Position numbers and translations under genes: made by a program. Positions 38,171 through 48,551 of a stretch of DNA of 64,000 bases are shown piece by piece. Positions within the stretch are counted from its first letter, which is position 1. Every line of letters begins with the position of its first letter. This stretch comes from Myxococcales bacterium (GTDB taxonomy: Bacteria; Myxococcota_A; Polyangia; Palsa-1104; JAEUJZ01), in assembly GCA_016794505.1 (NCBI GenBank), contig JAEUJZ010000023.1, positions 130,550 through 194,549 of the forward strand. The letters run 5' to 3'. The notes under the pieces were generated by a model. It was given only the letters and a program-made list of their open reading frames with translations, was not told the origin of the DNA and did no database searches.

Positions 38171-39184
38171 CTATCGCAGAAGCGCGAAGGCCAAGAGGCC
38201 CGCTGCAGCCAGCAGGAACACGCCAAGCAAGACCCACGGCAGAATTGGCTTGGACACTGGCTTTAGGGCTGCATTCGACGCGGCCAACGCAGGGGGCGGA
38301 GTCATGGCCGCCGCTCCGCTCAGCGACGGTGTTGTCGCAGGTGCGTCGGGGCGAACAGGCGTCAGCTTCGGCTGTGAGCTGGCTGCTACTCCATGGGTCG
38401 ACAGCTTGCCTGGCCCTGGACTCGCTTTCGGCGGTGTGGTTACGCCGTTGCCCTGAAACTGGCTGGCTGGCTGGGGCGCGCTACTTGTCCCATTCGATCC
38501 CGGCGGAGTCTTCTGCGTCGGCGTCCGATTCACGGGCGACACCGACGAAGGCGGCTGGCTCGTTGGCGTTCCACTTGGCGCAGTCGAGGCCGGGGGCAGG
38601 CTTCCCCCTGTGACCCGTGGCTTCATCTGCCGCCCTGCATCACCAGCCGCTGCGATCTCGCGCAGCGTGTTTTCGAAGCTGGGATCGCCATAGATCTTCT
38701 TTGCGTTGTTGAGGAAGGCAAAGAAGGACTCCTCCATCTCGTCGAAGTCCATGACACCGTCGCACTCGTCGCAGCGACAGGTGGGAGCCTTCGAGATCGG
38801 CGCGCTCTTCGCCAGGTCGCGCGCCTCTAGGCGCAGCAGCTTTTCCTTCTTACAGCGCGGACAGAAGTACGGAGCGTAGAAGCTCTTGACGATGCCGTTG
38901 GCTGTGAAGTTGTTCACCAGATTGATCTGCGAAACGATCGCAGGCGAACAGTTCACAAAGACCAGACGGGCGCCGTTCTTCTCGATACGGCCGAGCCAGT
39001 TCACCCAGTCGCGCACGCCGCACGAGTTGATGCGCTCGATCTCGCCCAGGTCCAGCACCATTGGGCCGTTACCAAGCTGACTCTCAAGGGGCACAAGCTC
39101 GTTGTCCTCATCGATCACACCCGCGATCTTCAGGGTACAGACCCCATCGCGACTGTTCACTTCTGAGCGGAACTTAGAGCCCAT
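38171..39184 (-). CDS. STAS-domain (anti-sigma-factor-antagonist fold) protein with Cys4 zinc-ribbon, Pro/Ser/Thr-rich linker and C-terminal TM anchor
   Basis: A STAS-like N-domain (VCTLKIAGVIDEDN...LDLGEIERINSCGV) is followed by CPRCKK...CRCDECDG. A hydrophobic tail forms the C-terminus. The start is MGSKF. Confidence 0.5.
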   Translation of the reverse strand: MGSKFRSEVNSRDGVCTLKIAGVIDEDNELVPLESQLGNGPMVLDLGEIERINSCGVRDWVNWLGRIEKNGARLVFVNCSPAIVSQINLVNNFTANGIVKSFYAPYFCPRCKKEKLLRLEARDLAKSAPISKAPTCRCDECDGVMDFDEMEESFFAFLNNAKKIYGDPSFENTLREIAAAGDAGRQMKPRVTGGSLPPASTAPSGTPTSQPPSSVSPVNRTPTQKTPPGSNGTSSAPQPASQFQGNGVTTPPKASPGPGKLSTHGVAASSQPKLTPVRPDAPATTPSLSGAAAMTPPPALAASNAALKPVSKPILPWVLLGVFLLAAAGLLAFALLR

Positions 39185-39265
39185 GCCTTGCCTGGTCCCT
39201 CTACCTTGAGCGTCGGAGGACAACACCGACTGCCAGGAGGAAGAATAGCCTTTTGTTTGCCGTGA

Positions 39266-42200
39266 TTACAAGCGTGATGTGTCGCGGATCGCGGACAGCA
39301 GCTCGTGATACCTGTCGGATACGTAGTACCGTGCGAGCTCAGTGCCTCCCGGTACTTGGCCCAGCAGGATTCCGCCGTCGAGACCATCCGGGCTTTGCTG
39401 GCTGCGACTTGTGCCTGGTTCGTCGCTGGGTCGGGGCTTCAGGCCGTGCAAGCGCATCAGGATGCGCAGCGCCGCCGTCAAATCGTCACAGAAGATCAGG
39501 CCTGCCCGGTCGGCGAGCATCGGCAGCACCGTCAAGAACGCCTGCGGATCTCGCATCGCCAAAGGAACCGAGCCAGGAGCCGTTGTGGCGGCCGCCTGTT
39601 CCAGGGCATAGGCCAAGCGGGTCTGCGCGCTTTCGGAAAGCTGCTGCATCAGCTCAGTCGTCGTGGTGTCTCGCTGCGCCGCCGAAGCCAGAAGGCCTGT
39701 CATCAGGCGCAGCCATTGCTGCTGTTCGTTGACCGAAAGGCGAAGCAAGAACGCGTACTGTGAGCGCAGCGACTCCATCGCGCGGCCGAGCAGAAAGCGG
39801 CGCTCTCCGTCGGAACACTGCATGATCGATGTGTCCAGGACGATGATCGGGCGGGCTCCCGGCTGTGGGGCCTCTAGCGCGAGGACATAGCCCGGCAACC
39901 CAGCGACGAAGAACACGTCCACTTCGATCCCGAACAAGCGCTGTGCGTCGGCGATCGCCATCTTGAACGCGGGATCCCACAAGCGGTTGGCTGGCTGCGG
40001 CTCGCGATCGGCATCAAGCGAAAGCGGCCACGGGCTGGGGAACAGACGCGACAAGACCGGCCCTTCGGCCAGCGCGGCGAGGACTTCGAAGTGCGGTGTG
40101 TTGAGCAGCCGCGAGGACCACAGAAGTCGGCCTCGCTGTTCGTCGCTGATCGGCTGACGGATGGCCAGCAAGCGGGGCGGCGGTTTGCGCTCGGCAGCGG
40201 TGCCGTATCCAAGCAGGCTGGCCACGGTTCGCACGCGCTCGACGCGGATCGGTTGACCGAGCTGTTCATACACATCCGTCAGCACGGGATAGGCGGCCAT
40301 GTTCCGCAGATCGCGCGCCAAGACCCGCATGATCTCGACGCGCGCTGCGTTCGGATCGCGCTGTCGCTGCAAAAGCAGCTCAGCCAGCGCCACGCGATCA
40401 TCCAGGGTTTCCCAGGCTGCCCGTGGCTCGTCTCCATCATCGAGAAGAGCTTGCGAGATCAACGACTCGGGCGGCACCTGCTGGGTCGCCAAGGCAATGA
40501 TTTGACGATACGAATCGATCGCCTGGTTTGCATCAATGCTGGCGAACAAGCGGCTGATCGTTCGTCGCAGCTGCAGGTTCTCTTCGCGTGCTTCCCCATC
40601 GGTTCGAGCAGTGGGAGCAGAGACTTGAGTCAACGCATCACGCAGCAGAAGCTCTGCCTGCGCTCGCTCGCCCTGTTGCAGAGCCCGACGTGCGAGAGCC
40701 ACCACAGACATGGAAAACGTCGGCACCAAGTCGATGGCTCGACGGTACGCTCGTTGCGACGCCGCATCCTCGCCCTGCGTTTCGCGAATGCGACCCAGAT
40801 AGTGGTGATAGCGAGCGAGCTCTTCGCTGCCCGCAGCCATGCGCAGCTCTTGTTCGTTCGGCTGCAGCACCGCATCCGCGTTGTATTCCGCCGTCGGCGT
40901 TCCACTGGAGTCGCGAATCAGTGACTCCATCGCCGCTCCGGCATCGGCATAGCGTCCAAGCACGAACAGCTCTTGCGCGATACGGAAGCGGGCATCACGC
41001 AAGAGCGCTGGTGGCGGAAATGGCTCACCTTGGATCAGACTCTGCAAAACACCGAGCGCTTGTTCGGTGTTCATCAGCGAAACGCTGAGAATCTCAGAGA
41101 GTCGCAGAAGCGCCCGCGCCCGCAGCTCGGCTCGCTGGTTCTCATCGAGGATCTGCGTCGCATGGGCAAGCTGAGCCACGAACTGTTCAAGCACGCTGCG
41201 CGCATCATCGAAGCGTCGCAAGCGCTCACAGAACGTCGCCAAGGACTGCGCTGGAAGCAGATCATGTGGCGCTGCACGCACGGCTTCTTGCAGCAGCGCT
41301 TCGACTCCTTCGAGATCATTTGCCTGCTGCATCAACGCGGCTTGCGCGCACAGCACGCGAGCCAGGCAGTGTGGCAGATCACGTCGACGGTACTGCTTTT
41401 CTAGCTCACGGCACAGCGGTGCAAAGTCATAGGGCAGTTGTCGCCGGCCAGCCAAGCTGGCCAAGAGCTCTAGCGCGCTTAGGCTTTCGGGATAGACATC
41501 CAGCGCGGCCGAGATGCTGTCGCAGGCCATGCGCACTTGGCTCAGTCGCAGAGCCACGATGGCCCGCTTGCGATGGAACTCACAGCGCTCGCTCGGCTCT
41601 CCTTCGCGGCTGGCTTTCTGCAGCAGCACTTGGCTGGCCGCCAACGCGCGTTCCCAATCGCCGCGCTGAAAGTACATGGCGAACAGCGCGCGGTTGGCCG
41701 GCATGCTGTCTTTATCGACGCTGAGAGCCTGTTCAAAAAACTCGATGGCGCGCGATGCATTGCCGAGACGATCCAAGAAGATCTGCCCGATATGGGCCAA
41801 GATGCCGGCGCGCTCTTTTTCTTCCGTCCACAGCTTCGATTCCAGCTCTAGCGTCTGCGTGACGCGGGTCCAGTCTTCGCGGCGAATGTAGATATCGCGC
41901 AGGCTGTGCAACGCTGGCAAACAGGCAGCCGACGTGCGTACCGCGGCTTCGTAATAGCGAATGGCGTCGTCTTCTTTACCGAACTTTGCCTCGGTGACCG
42001 AGCCACACTTGAAGTACAGAAGCGCCTTTTGCGCGCGATCGGTGACCAAGCGAATCTGCCTGCGCGTGACGTCGATCAGCTCGGCCCAGCGCTCATTGGC
42101 TTCAAACAATCGCGCCATGGCATCGAGCGCTTCGCGATGCGTGGGTTGCACTTCGATGACGTGCCGATAGGCCTGGATTGCGCGGTCGTGATCACGCAGG

Positions 42201-45200
42201 CCTTCTTCGCACAGCGTGCCGATGCGCATGTTCAGCGCGATGATCTGCTGCTCGTCAACGGAAAGCGCGACTCGCGTAGCGAGCAGGTTGTATAGCTTCT
42301 CGTTGTCGCGGCTGCGCTCGTAGTGGCTCTCAAGGGCATCGAGTGCATCGGGATCCGTGGGATCCACCGCGTGCAGCTTTTCATAGAAGCGCACAGCTTC
42401 GTTGATATCGCGCAGCTTGGCGGTGGCGACCTTGGCCGCACGTCGCAAAATCTCGACGCGCTTGATGTCTTCACGCACCAGCGATGCGCGCTTTTCATAC
42501 ACGCTCAAGAGCTCGCGCCACTGGTTGCGATTGGCATAAATGCCTTCCAGTGTTGTCTGCGTATTGTCGTTTTCGGCGTCGCTTTCTAGCGCCCGCAGAT
42601 AGCAAAGCAGCGCCTCGTCCGGCTGCTGCAAGTACGTCAGCAGCACTTGCCCGCGCCGCACATGCAGATCAGCGGGTCGATAGGATCGCGTCTTTTGGGT
42701 CTCAATGAGCTTGAGCGCCGCGTCATACATGCGGATCGCTTCTGGCCACTGCTTGCGCAAGTAACACAGGCGCTCGTACGAAGTGAACGCCGGCCGATTC
42801 GCCGGGTCCATAAAGAATGCCTGCCCGAAGTATCGAAATGCTTCGTCGATGTTGTTCTGTTTTTCTTCGAGCTCGCCGAGCTGCTGCAGCACGCGCGAGC
42901 GCTCGCTTCCTTCTGCCGCAATTTCCAGCAACAGGCCCAGGATGCGTCGCTGATCGGCCAGCTTTTCTGGCGTCGCCGCCGTCGTCGAGATCGCCGCCGA
43001 ACCACCGTACAAGCTGATCAAGGCGCGCAGTGCGGTCGGCTCCTTGGGCCACTCGCGCAGCACGTGTTCAAACGTCGCGGTGGCTTGCGCGGTCGCTCCC
43101 AAGAAGTCGCGCTGCACATCGCCCAGGCGCAGCAGCAGCGCGCGACGTCGCTCGCGCAGCTCAAGTAACTGCTCGCTGCTAGCCCCTTGCTGCTGTGCTT
43201 GCTCACTGTTCAAGCGCTCGATCGCTCGCCCCAGCAGCGCCGCTTGTTCTGCATGGCGACCGCTTTGCCCGTATCGCTTTTCCAAAGCCAGAAGCGCTGG
43301 CACATGATCCGCCAGCTCGTCTGGCGCCAGCTCATACAAGCGCTCCCAGGCACGCGCTTCATCGTCGCTGCGCTGCAGGCGCTGATACAGCTCAGCGAGC
43401 GTCCGCGTGATCTGAGCGATGCGCGGTCGCGGAATATCCGCCGCCACCACCAGCAGCGCCAGTTGTTCTTCCAACACGGCAGCCAGCGCCTGCGGATCGC
43501 CGAGCTCGCCATACGCCAGCTCAAGCGCGGACAACACCTCTTCCGTGTGTGGCAGTGGCTTGAGGACATCAACCAAAAGTGTGTGGCGCCGCAAGCGACG
43601 ACACATCTCGACGAAGTGACCGAGTGCGTCGGTGTGGCTGGGCTGCAGGACCAGCGCTTGGCTGTACGCGCGCAGCGCCTGTTCGCTGTACGAAAGCGCC
43701 TGCGCATCCTGATCCCCCGTCGGTGTGACGTCGCTTTGGTGCGGCGCAGCGGCTTCGCTCGTGGCCACTGCGCCGATTTCCAAGAGCAGACTCAGGCGCT
43801 GTCCATCATCGCGCAAGAGGGGCAGCAGGCGATCCATGGCCGACAGAAGCTCACGCGGGCGACCCATCGTGCGATACAGCGTGACCAGCGCACGGGCCGC
43901 TGTCCGGCAGCGTGGATCGCGACGAAGCGCTTCGCTGTAACACGCCAGCGCTTGATCGATCGCGCCGGTCTGCTCGCTCTGCATATCGGCCAGGTGCTCG
44001 TACAGCGTGCCCAGCTCACAACACAGAAGCGCCGCGGCCTGCGCTCCAACCGCTTGCTGGCTGTCGGTGGGACCCGTGCTGGAAAGTCGCCCAGGCAGGC
44101 TCTCAGACAGTGCCTGCAAAGACGGCGGCAGCGGCACCAGCGGGTCTTGCCCTGACTGCAGCGCGGCTTCAACGGCTTGTTGCAGCAACAGCACAGCGCG
44201 CTCGGGTTGATCGCGCTGCTGCGCCAAGCGCGCCAGAGCATGCAGCGCCATCACATCGCGTGGTCGACGCTGCAAGACCTGCTGATACGTCCGTTCTGCC
44301 AGCGCCATGTCTGCCGCGATCTCGCTGGCAAAATGCCCAAGCTGGCGCAGCAGGTGAGCTTGCGTGTCGGGGTTGCGCACGCGCACAAGAAGCGCGTTCA
44401 AGGCCTCGGTCACTTGCGTCGTTGCTTGTCCATCGACACCCTGACGCTGCTGCAGCAAAAACCGCGTGGCATCGGCCAGCAAGCTGCTGCCCGACTCGAT
44501 CTTGCGAGGCTCAGACGCGCCTTTGCCCGCTGCGGACGTCCAGCTGTCGGCCTGCGCTTGCAGAGCCAAAAGCCCCGCGTCGACGTACAGATCGTCGGTT
44601 AGGTTCAGCGCCAAGGCAACGGCTGCTGTGCTGAAGACGGCTGCTGCCGTGGCATCGGCCGTCGAGCCATCGGCCGCTCCGCCGGCCGGCTGCAACGACC
44701 GCGCGGGCACTTGGCCGAGCTTTTTGTAGATCGAGACCAGCTCGGGATGGTTTCCTCGTCGACGGCTGTGCCGCGCCAGTGCCAGCAGATCGCGGCGCGT
44801 CGCCGGCACAGGTGGCAGCGACGACAGCTCACCCAGCGAAAGCTCATAGGCATCACCGCCGGGAATGCGCAGCGCTTCGGATGCGCGAGCCGCTCGTGCC
44901 CATAGGCGCAGCGTGTACGCCTCATCGCCGCGCGGCGTAGCCTGCTCGGCCAAACGAACCAGCGCCGATATCGCTTCGGCTTGACCATCGTGCCCGCTGG
45001 TCAGCAAGGTGCGCAGGCGACGCAGGACCAGCGTCTCATGCCAGCAGCCAAACTCAGCGACGCGGCCGAGCAAAGCGGCCGAGCGCAGGGCGCTTGCGGT
45101 GTCGCGTCCGTCGCGTTCGAGCAGCTCAGCGGCCCGGCCAAAGTACGAAAGGGCCGAGGTCAGCGCACGTCGATCGAGCAGCGTTGCCGTCGCTGTCTCT

Positions 45201-46525
45201 CCATCCGCTGCGCCGCTGGTCAGGCTCTGCGCGGCACTGCGTCCGCCCGACAGATCGACCAAGAAATACGCCAGCGTCTGATATCGCTCGGCGGCAGCGG
45301 CAGCCTCGCCACGCCGCAGGTGCAGGCGCGCTGACGAGAGCTGCGCCAGGTACCGCCCAACCCCCGCACTGAGCTCGCGATGGCGCGAACAGAAAGTGGC
45401 GACACCGTCGAAAAGAGCCATCGCCTCGGATTCACTTCCGCGGTCGCTCTGCTCCGTCAGAAGCGCTGCTAGCTCTAGCGCGGTTCCCAGAAGTTCGACG
45501 CGGTTTGAGGGGCGTCCTTGAGCCAGCGTGACCTCGCTAGCTGTCTCGGTCATCGCAGACAGGCCGCCGAGGTATTCGAACTTTCGCCGCACGAATTCTG
45601 GGCGACGGGCCACAAGACCGTTGCGCGGATCGTGAGCCAAGCACAGCAGGCGCTCTAGTGCCGACAGCGTGGCAAACGCCGCCGCCACGCTTCTCGCTGT
45701 CACGGCCTCTGCAGCGAGCGCATCACCGCCCCCAGCAACGGCCACACTTTCCAATAGGCCGAGTGCGACCTGACTTGGCCCGACTTCACTACGGCCGACG
45801 GAAAACAGGCCTGGCTGCCCGAGCAAGAGCAGATCCGCTGCCCACAGACGGTCGTTCAGGTCGTCGCTGGACTCAAGCGTCGCAGCAGCAGCGGCTGGTT
45901 TGCCCTGCAGCGTCAAGGACAGGGCGCGCATGCGTGGCTCGCCGCCCTTGGCCAAGAGCTCAGAGGCCAGCGCGTAGGTATCCAGCACCGACGCAGCCCC
46001 AGCGGTGTCGTGCGCCGCGGCAAACAAAAGAAGCTCGCCCAGCTCGGCTAGATCCTGGGGCCCGGCGCTGTTGCGCAGCTTTTCTGCCAGCGCTCGCAGT
46101 GCCGCGTCCGGTTGCGCATCGTCGATCGCGGCCTGCAAGCGCAGAGCGTGCGCGACGGGGTGGTCGCCCGCGCGATCCTTGAGCAGCGGCAGTGCAACAT
46201 CCGGCCGACCCAGCCCATCCCACACCAGAAGCGCAAGCTGCGTCGCCAGCGCCGGAGCCTCGGCATCCGTCGGAGAGCGGTCATGAAGCTCGCGCCCCAG
46301 CAGCAAGATCAGCTCGTGCAGCACCGAGGGGCGCCCGCTGTCATCGCTGTCGCCGCCGTCGGGGCCGCTCTGCTGGCCCAAGGAAAACAGGCGCTCTAGT
46401 CGAACCTTGGGCGGGGGGGAAACAGAAGACAGCTCAGGTACGGACAGAGCCGCCACTTCGTCGGTAGAGCCCGGTGTCGCAGCTGGGCTCAGAGACACTT
46501 CGGGCGCGATCGTACGATCCGACAT
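39266..46525 (-). CDS. Giant (2419 aa) tetratricopeptide-repeat protein with about 330-aa non-TPR C-terminal domain
   Basis: Over 40 TPR-like 34-aa helical repeats (W/LG/Y-A-F-P patterns) run along the continuous ORF. GC3 is high throughout. Confidence 0.7.
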   Translation of the reverse strand: MSDRTIAPEVSLSPAATPGSTDEVAALSVPELSSVSPPPKVRLERLFSLGQQSGPDGGDSDDSGRPSVLHELILLLGRELHDRSPTDAEAPALATQLALLVWDGLGRPDVALPLLKDRAGDHPVAHALRLQAAIDDAQPDAALRALAEKLRNSAGPQDLAELGELLLFAAAHDTAGAASVLDTYALASELLAKGGEPRMRALSLTLQGKPAAAAATLESSDDLNDRLWAADLLLLGQPGLFSVGRSEVGPSQVALGLLESVAVAGGGDALAAEAVTARSVAAAFATLSALERLLCLAHDPRNGLVARRPEFVRRKFEYLGGLSAMTETASEVTLAQGRPSNRVELLGTALELAALLTEQSDRGSESEAMALFDGVATFCSRHRELSAGVGRYLAQLSSARLHLRRGEAAAAAERYQTLAYFLVDLSGGRSAAQSLTSGAADGETATATLLDRRALTSALSYFGRAAELLERDGRDTASALRSAALLGRVAEFGCWHETLVLRRLRTLLTSGHDGQAEAISALVRLAEQATPRGDEAYTLRLWARAARASEALRIPGGDAYELSLGELSSLPPVPATRRDLLALARHSRRRGNHPELVSIYKKLGQVPARSLQPAGGAADGSTADATAAAVFSTAAVALALNLTDDLYVDAGLLALQAQADSWTSAAGKGASEPRKIESGSSLLADATRFLLQQRQGVDGQATTQVTEALNALLVRVRNPDTQAHLLRQLGHFASEIAADMALAERTYQQVLQRRPRDVMALHALARLAQQRDQPERAVLLLQQAVEAALQSGQDPLVPLPPSLQALSESLPGRLSSTGPTDSQQAVGAQAAALLCCELGTLYEHLADMQSEQTGAIDQALACYSEALRRDPRCRTAARALVTLYRTMGRPRELLSAMDRLLPLLRDDGQRLSLLLEIGAVATSEAAAPHQSDVTPTGDQDAQALSYSEQALRAYSQALVLQPSHTDALGHFVEMCRRLRRHTLLVDVLKPLPHTEEVLSALELAYGELGDPQALAAVLEEQLALLVVAADIPRPRIAQITRTLAELYQRLQRSDDEARAWERLYELAPDELADHVPALLALEKRYGQSGRHAEQAALLGRAIERLNSEQAQQQGASSEQLLELRERRRALLLRLGDVQRDFLGATAQATATFEHVLREWPKEPTALRALISLYGGSAAISTTAATPEKLADQRRILGLLLEIAAEGSERSRVLQQLGELEEKQNNIDEAFRYFGQAFFMDPANRPAFTSYERLCYLRKQWPEAIRMYDAALKLIETQKTRSYRPADLHVRRGQVLLTYLQQPDEALLCYLRALESDAENDNTQTTLEGIYANRNQWRELLSVYEKRASLVREDIKRVEILRRAAKVATAKLRDINEAVRFYEKLHAVDPTDPDALDALESHYERSRDNEKLYNLLATRVALSVDEQQIIALNMRIGTLCEEGLRDHDRAIQAYRHVIEVQPTHREALDAMARLFEANERWAELIDVTRRQIRLVTDRAQKALLYFKCGSVTEAKFGKEDDAIRYYEAAVRTSAACLPALHSLRDIYIRREDWTRVTQTLELESKLWTEEKERAGILAHIGQIFLDRLGNASRAIEFFEQALSVDKDSMPANRALFAMYFQRGDWERALAASQVLLQKASREGEPSERCEFHRKRAIVALRLSQVRMACDSISAALDVYPESLSALELLASLAGRRQLPYDFAPLCRELEKQYRRRDLPHCLARVLCAQAALMQQANDLEGVEALLQEAVRAAPHDLLPAQSLATFCERLRRFDDARSVLEQFVAQLAHATQILDENQRAELRARALLRLSEILSVSLMNTEQALGVLQSLIQGEPFPPPALLRDARFRIAQELFVLGRYADAGAAMESLIRDSSGTPTAEYNADAVLQPNEQELRMAAGSEELARYHHYLGRIRETQGEDAASQRAYRRAIDLVPTFSMSVVALARRALQQGERAQAELLLRDALTQVSAPTARTDGEAREENLQLRRTISRLFASIDANQAIDSYRQIIALATQQVPPESLISQALLDDGDEPRAAWETLDDRVALAELLLQRQRDPNAARVEIMRVLARDLRNMAAYPVLTDVYEQLGQPIRVERVRTVASLLGYGTAAERKPPPRLLAIRQPISDEQRGRLLWSSRLLNTPHFEVLAALAEGPVLSRLFPSPWPLSLDADREPQPANRLWDPAFKMAIADAQRLFGIEVDVFFVAGLPGYVLALEAPQPGARPIIVLDTSIMQCSDGERRFLLGRAMESLRSQYAFLLRLSVNEQQQWLRLMTGLLASAAQRDTTTTELMQQLSESAQTRLAYALEQAAATTAPGSVPLAMRDPQAFLTVLPMLADRAGLIFCDDLTAALRILMRLHGLKPRPSDEPGTSRSQQSPDGLDGGILLGQVPGGTELARYYVSDRYHELLSAIRDTSRL

Positions 46526-46662
46526 GAGACTTGGAAGTCTAACATATCGTCGCTGAAAAGGATTGCACTGCAGCGACGCTGTTCAGGTCGAGCGTGCGCG
46601 TTTTGCTGAGGATGCGGCCGACGAGGCCGGCAGGGAACGACGAAGAGCGCGGGGATGGGCGT

Positions 46663-48357
46663 CTAGACGGTCAGCTTGGCTGCGCCCGATGCGACGACAA
46701 ACTCGGGATCGACGGTGACGTTGACGCAGGCGACGTCGGGGTGATCGATGGCCTTTTGCAGCGTCGGCAAGAGCGCATCGGGATCGTCGACGTGGAAGCC
46801 GACTCCGCCGAATGCTTCGACGACGCGGTCATAGCGTACCGGCGCCAGCTTGGTGGCTGGCGAGCGCTCGTTGCCAAACAGCATGACCTGCGGGCCGCGA
46901 ATCTGTCCCCACGCCGCATCGTTGCCGACGACCACCGTGACCTTCATGCCGAAGCGAACGCAGGTCTCGAAGTCGAAGCCATTTAGGCCAAAGCTGCCGT
47001 CGCCAGACAGCACGACAACACGCTGTTTGTTTTCGCGATCGAGCGCTTTGGCCGCGAGGGCAAACGGCGCTCCGACACCCAGACAGCCGAGAGGGCCGGG
47101 ATCCATCCACTGACCGGGGCGGCGCAGCGGCAGCACTTTGCTGCCCAAACCAACGACATCCCCACCGTCGCCGATCAGGACAGCATCGTCGGCAATCGCG
47201 CTGCGTCCCTGCTTAGCAGCCCCCAGCGCCTGCGCCAGGGCCGACGACAGCTGGTAGTGGTTGATGGGCCGGCCGCGTGCCGCAATGTGGGCGTCGATCT
47301 GCGCTTGCCCCTTGGTTTCTTCCGCGCCTAGCTCGGCCAGCCAGGGCTGGATGCGTTCGCGAAGCTGCGCCGCGGCCTGACCCGAAAGCGCTGTAGTCAG
47401 CTGATCGATCACGCGATCCGAGCTACCGGACAGGCAGAACTCTGCGACGCGGTTTTTGTTGAACTGCGTTGGGTCGCGGTCGATGTGAATGATCTGCGCC
47501 TTGGGGCTGATGCCGGCGCCAAAGCCGATGCGAAAGTCGAGCGGCGTACCGATCAGCACCACCAAGTCGGTGCCGCGCAGCGCTCGCTTGCGCGCGTGGT
47601 TCAGAGCCTGCGGATGATCGGCGGGCAGCGTGCCGCGTCCCATGCCATTCATCACCACTGGAATGTTCGTCGCTTGACACAGGCGGGCCAGCGCCTCGTG
47701 CGCGCTCTCCCAATACACCTGCGAGCCGGCGAAGATCACGGGGCGCTCGGCCTTTTCGATGAGCGCAGCGGCGATGGCGATGCTCTGCGGATCGGCCTGC
47801 GTACGCGGCCAAGCAGGCAGCGGCGGCGGCACGATGAGCTCGCTGTGATCGACCTGCGCCATCAGGATGTCAAAGGGCAGCTCAAGAAACACCGGGCCTG
47901 GCGTACCGGCCATCGACATGCGCAGCGCCGTCTGGACCATCTCGCGCAGGCGCCGCGGGTCGGTGCAGGTCGCCGACCACTTGGTGATCGATCGCAGCAC
48001 GGGGAGCTGTTCCATCTCTTGCAGCGCGCCGCGTCCGACCGAGCGAACCTCGGCAGCGCCGCCAAGAAGCACCAGCGGCGACTGCGCTTGGTACGCATTG
48101 GCGACGCCGGTCACGGCATCTGTCACGCCCGGTCCCGCCGTCACCAGCGCGACGCCGGGTCCACGCGTCAAGCGAGCATAGCCATCGCCGGCATGCGCGG
48201 CGGCTTGCTCGTGTCGCGTGTCGATCATGCGGATGCCAAAGCGCAGGCAGCCGTCGTAGATCGGCGCGATGTGACCGCCGCACAGCGTAAACAGGTCGCG
48301 CACGCCCGCGCGATGAAGCTCTTCTGCAACCAGATGACCACCGATAGAAAACGCCAT
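46663..48357 (-). CDS. Thiamine-pyrophosphate-dependent enzyme (acetolactate synthase large subunit / oxalyl-CoA decarboxylase family)
   Basis: It has the three-domain TPP-enzyme layout with a GDGSF TPP motif near the C-terminus. Confidence 0.7.
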   Translation of the reverse strand: MAFSIGGHLVAEELHRAGVRDLFTLCGGHIAPIYDGCLRFGIRMIDTRHEQAAAHAGDGYARLTRGPGVALVTAGPGVTDAVTGVANAYQAQSPLVLLGGAAEVRSVGRGALQEMEQLPVLRSITKWSATCTDPRRLREMVQTALRMSMAGTPGPVFLELPFDILMAQVDHSELIVPPPLPAWPRTQADPQSIAIAAALIEKAERPVIFAGSQVYWESAHEALARLCQATNIPVVMNGMGRGTLPADHPQALNHARKRALRGTDLVVLIGTPLDFRIGFGAGISPKAQIIHIDRDPTQFNKNRVAEFCLSGSSDRVIDQLTTALSGQAAAQLRERIQPWLAELGAEETKGQAQIDAHIAARGRPINHYQLSSALAQALGAAKQGRSAIADDAVLIGDGGDVVGLGSKVLPLRRPGQWMDPGPLGCLGVGAPFALAAKALDRENKQRVVVLSGDGSFGLNGFDFETCVRFGMKVTVVVGNDAAWGQIRGPQVMLFGNERSPATKLAPVRYDRVVEAFGGVGFHVDDPDALLPTLQKAIDHPDVACVNVTVDPEFVVASGAAKLTV

Positions 48358-48429
48358 GTCGCCGACGCTATCAGCTACGCGAGCACGCGGTCAACAGCAC
48401 CGGCACCCGCTGCGCGGTCGCGCGCCCGT

Positions 48430-48545
48430 GGCGCTGTTTCCCATGTGGCAGTTATGTATGATTTCATATAACAATAGTAATCGATCAATTATGGGCATTG
48501 TGATTTGATGGGTAAAATTAATAGTTAATTAACCTTTCACAATGA
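48430..48545. other. AT-rich island (about 115 bp, roughly 75% AT) in GC-rich DNA, upstream of the TPP-enzyme gene
   Basis: Read directly. It contains a TTAATTAA palindrome and runs of TAAT/ATTA. Confidence 0.8.
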
Positions 48546-48551
48546 ACCGGC

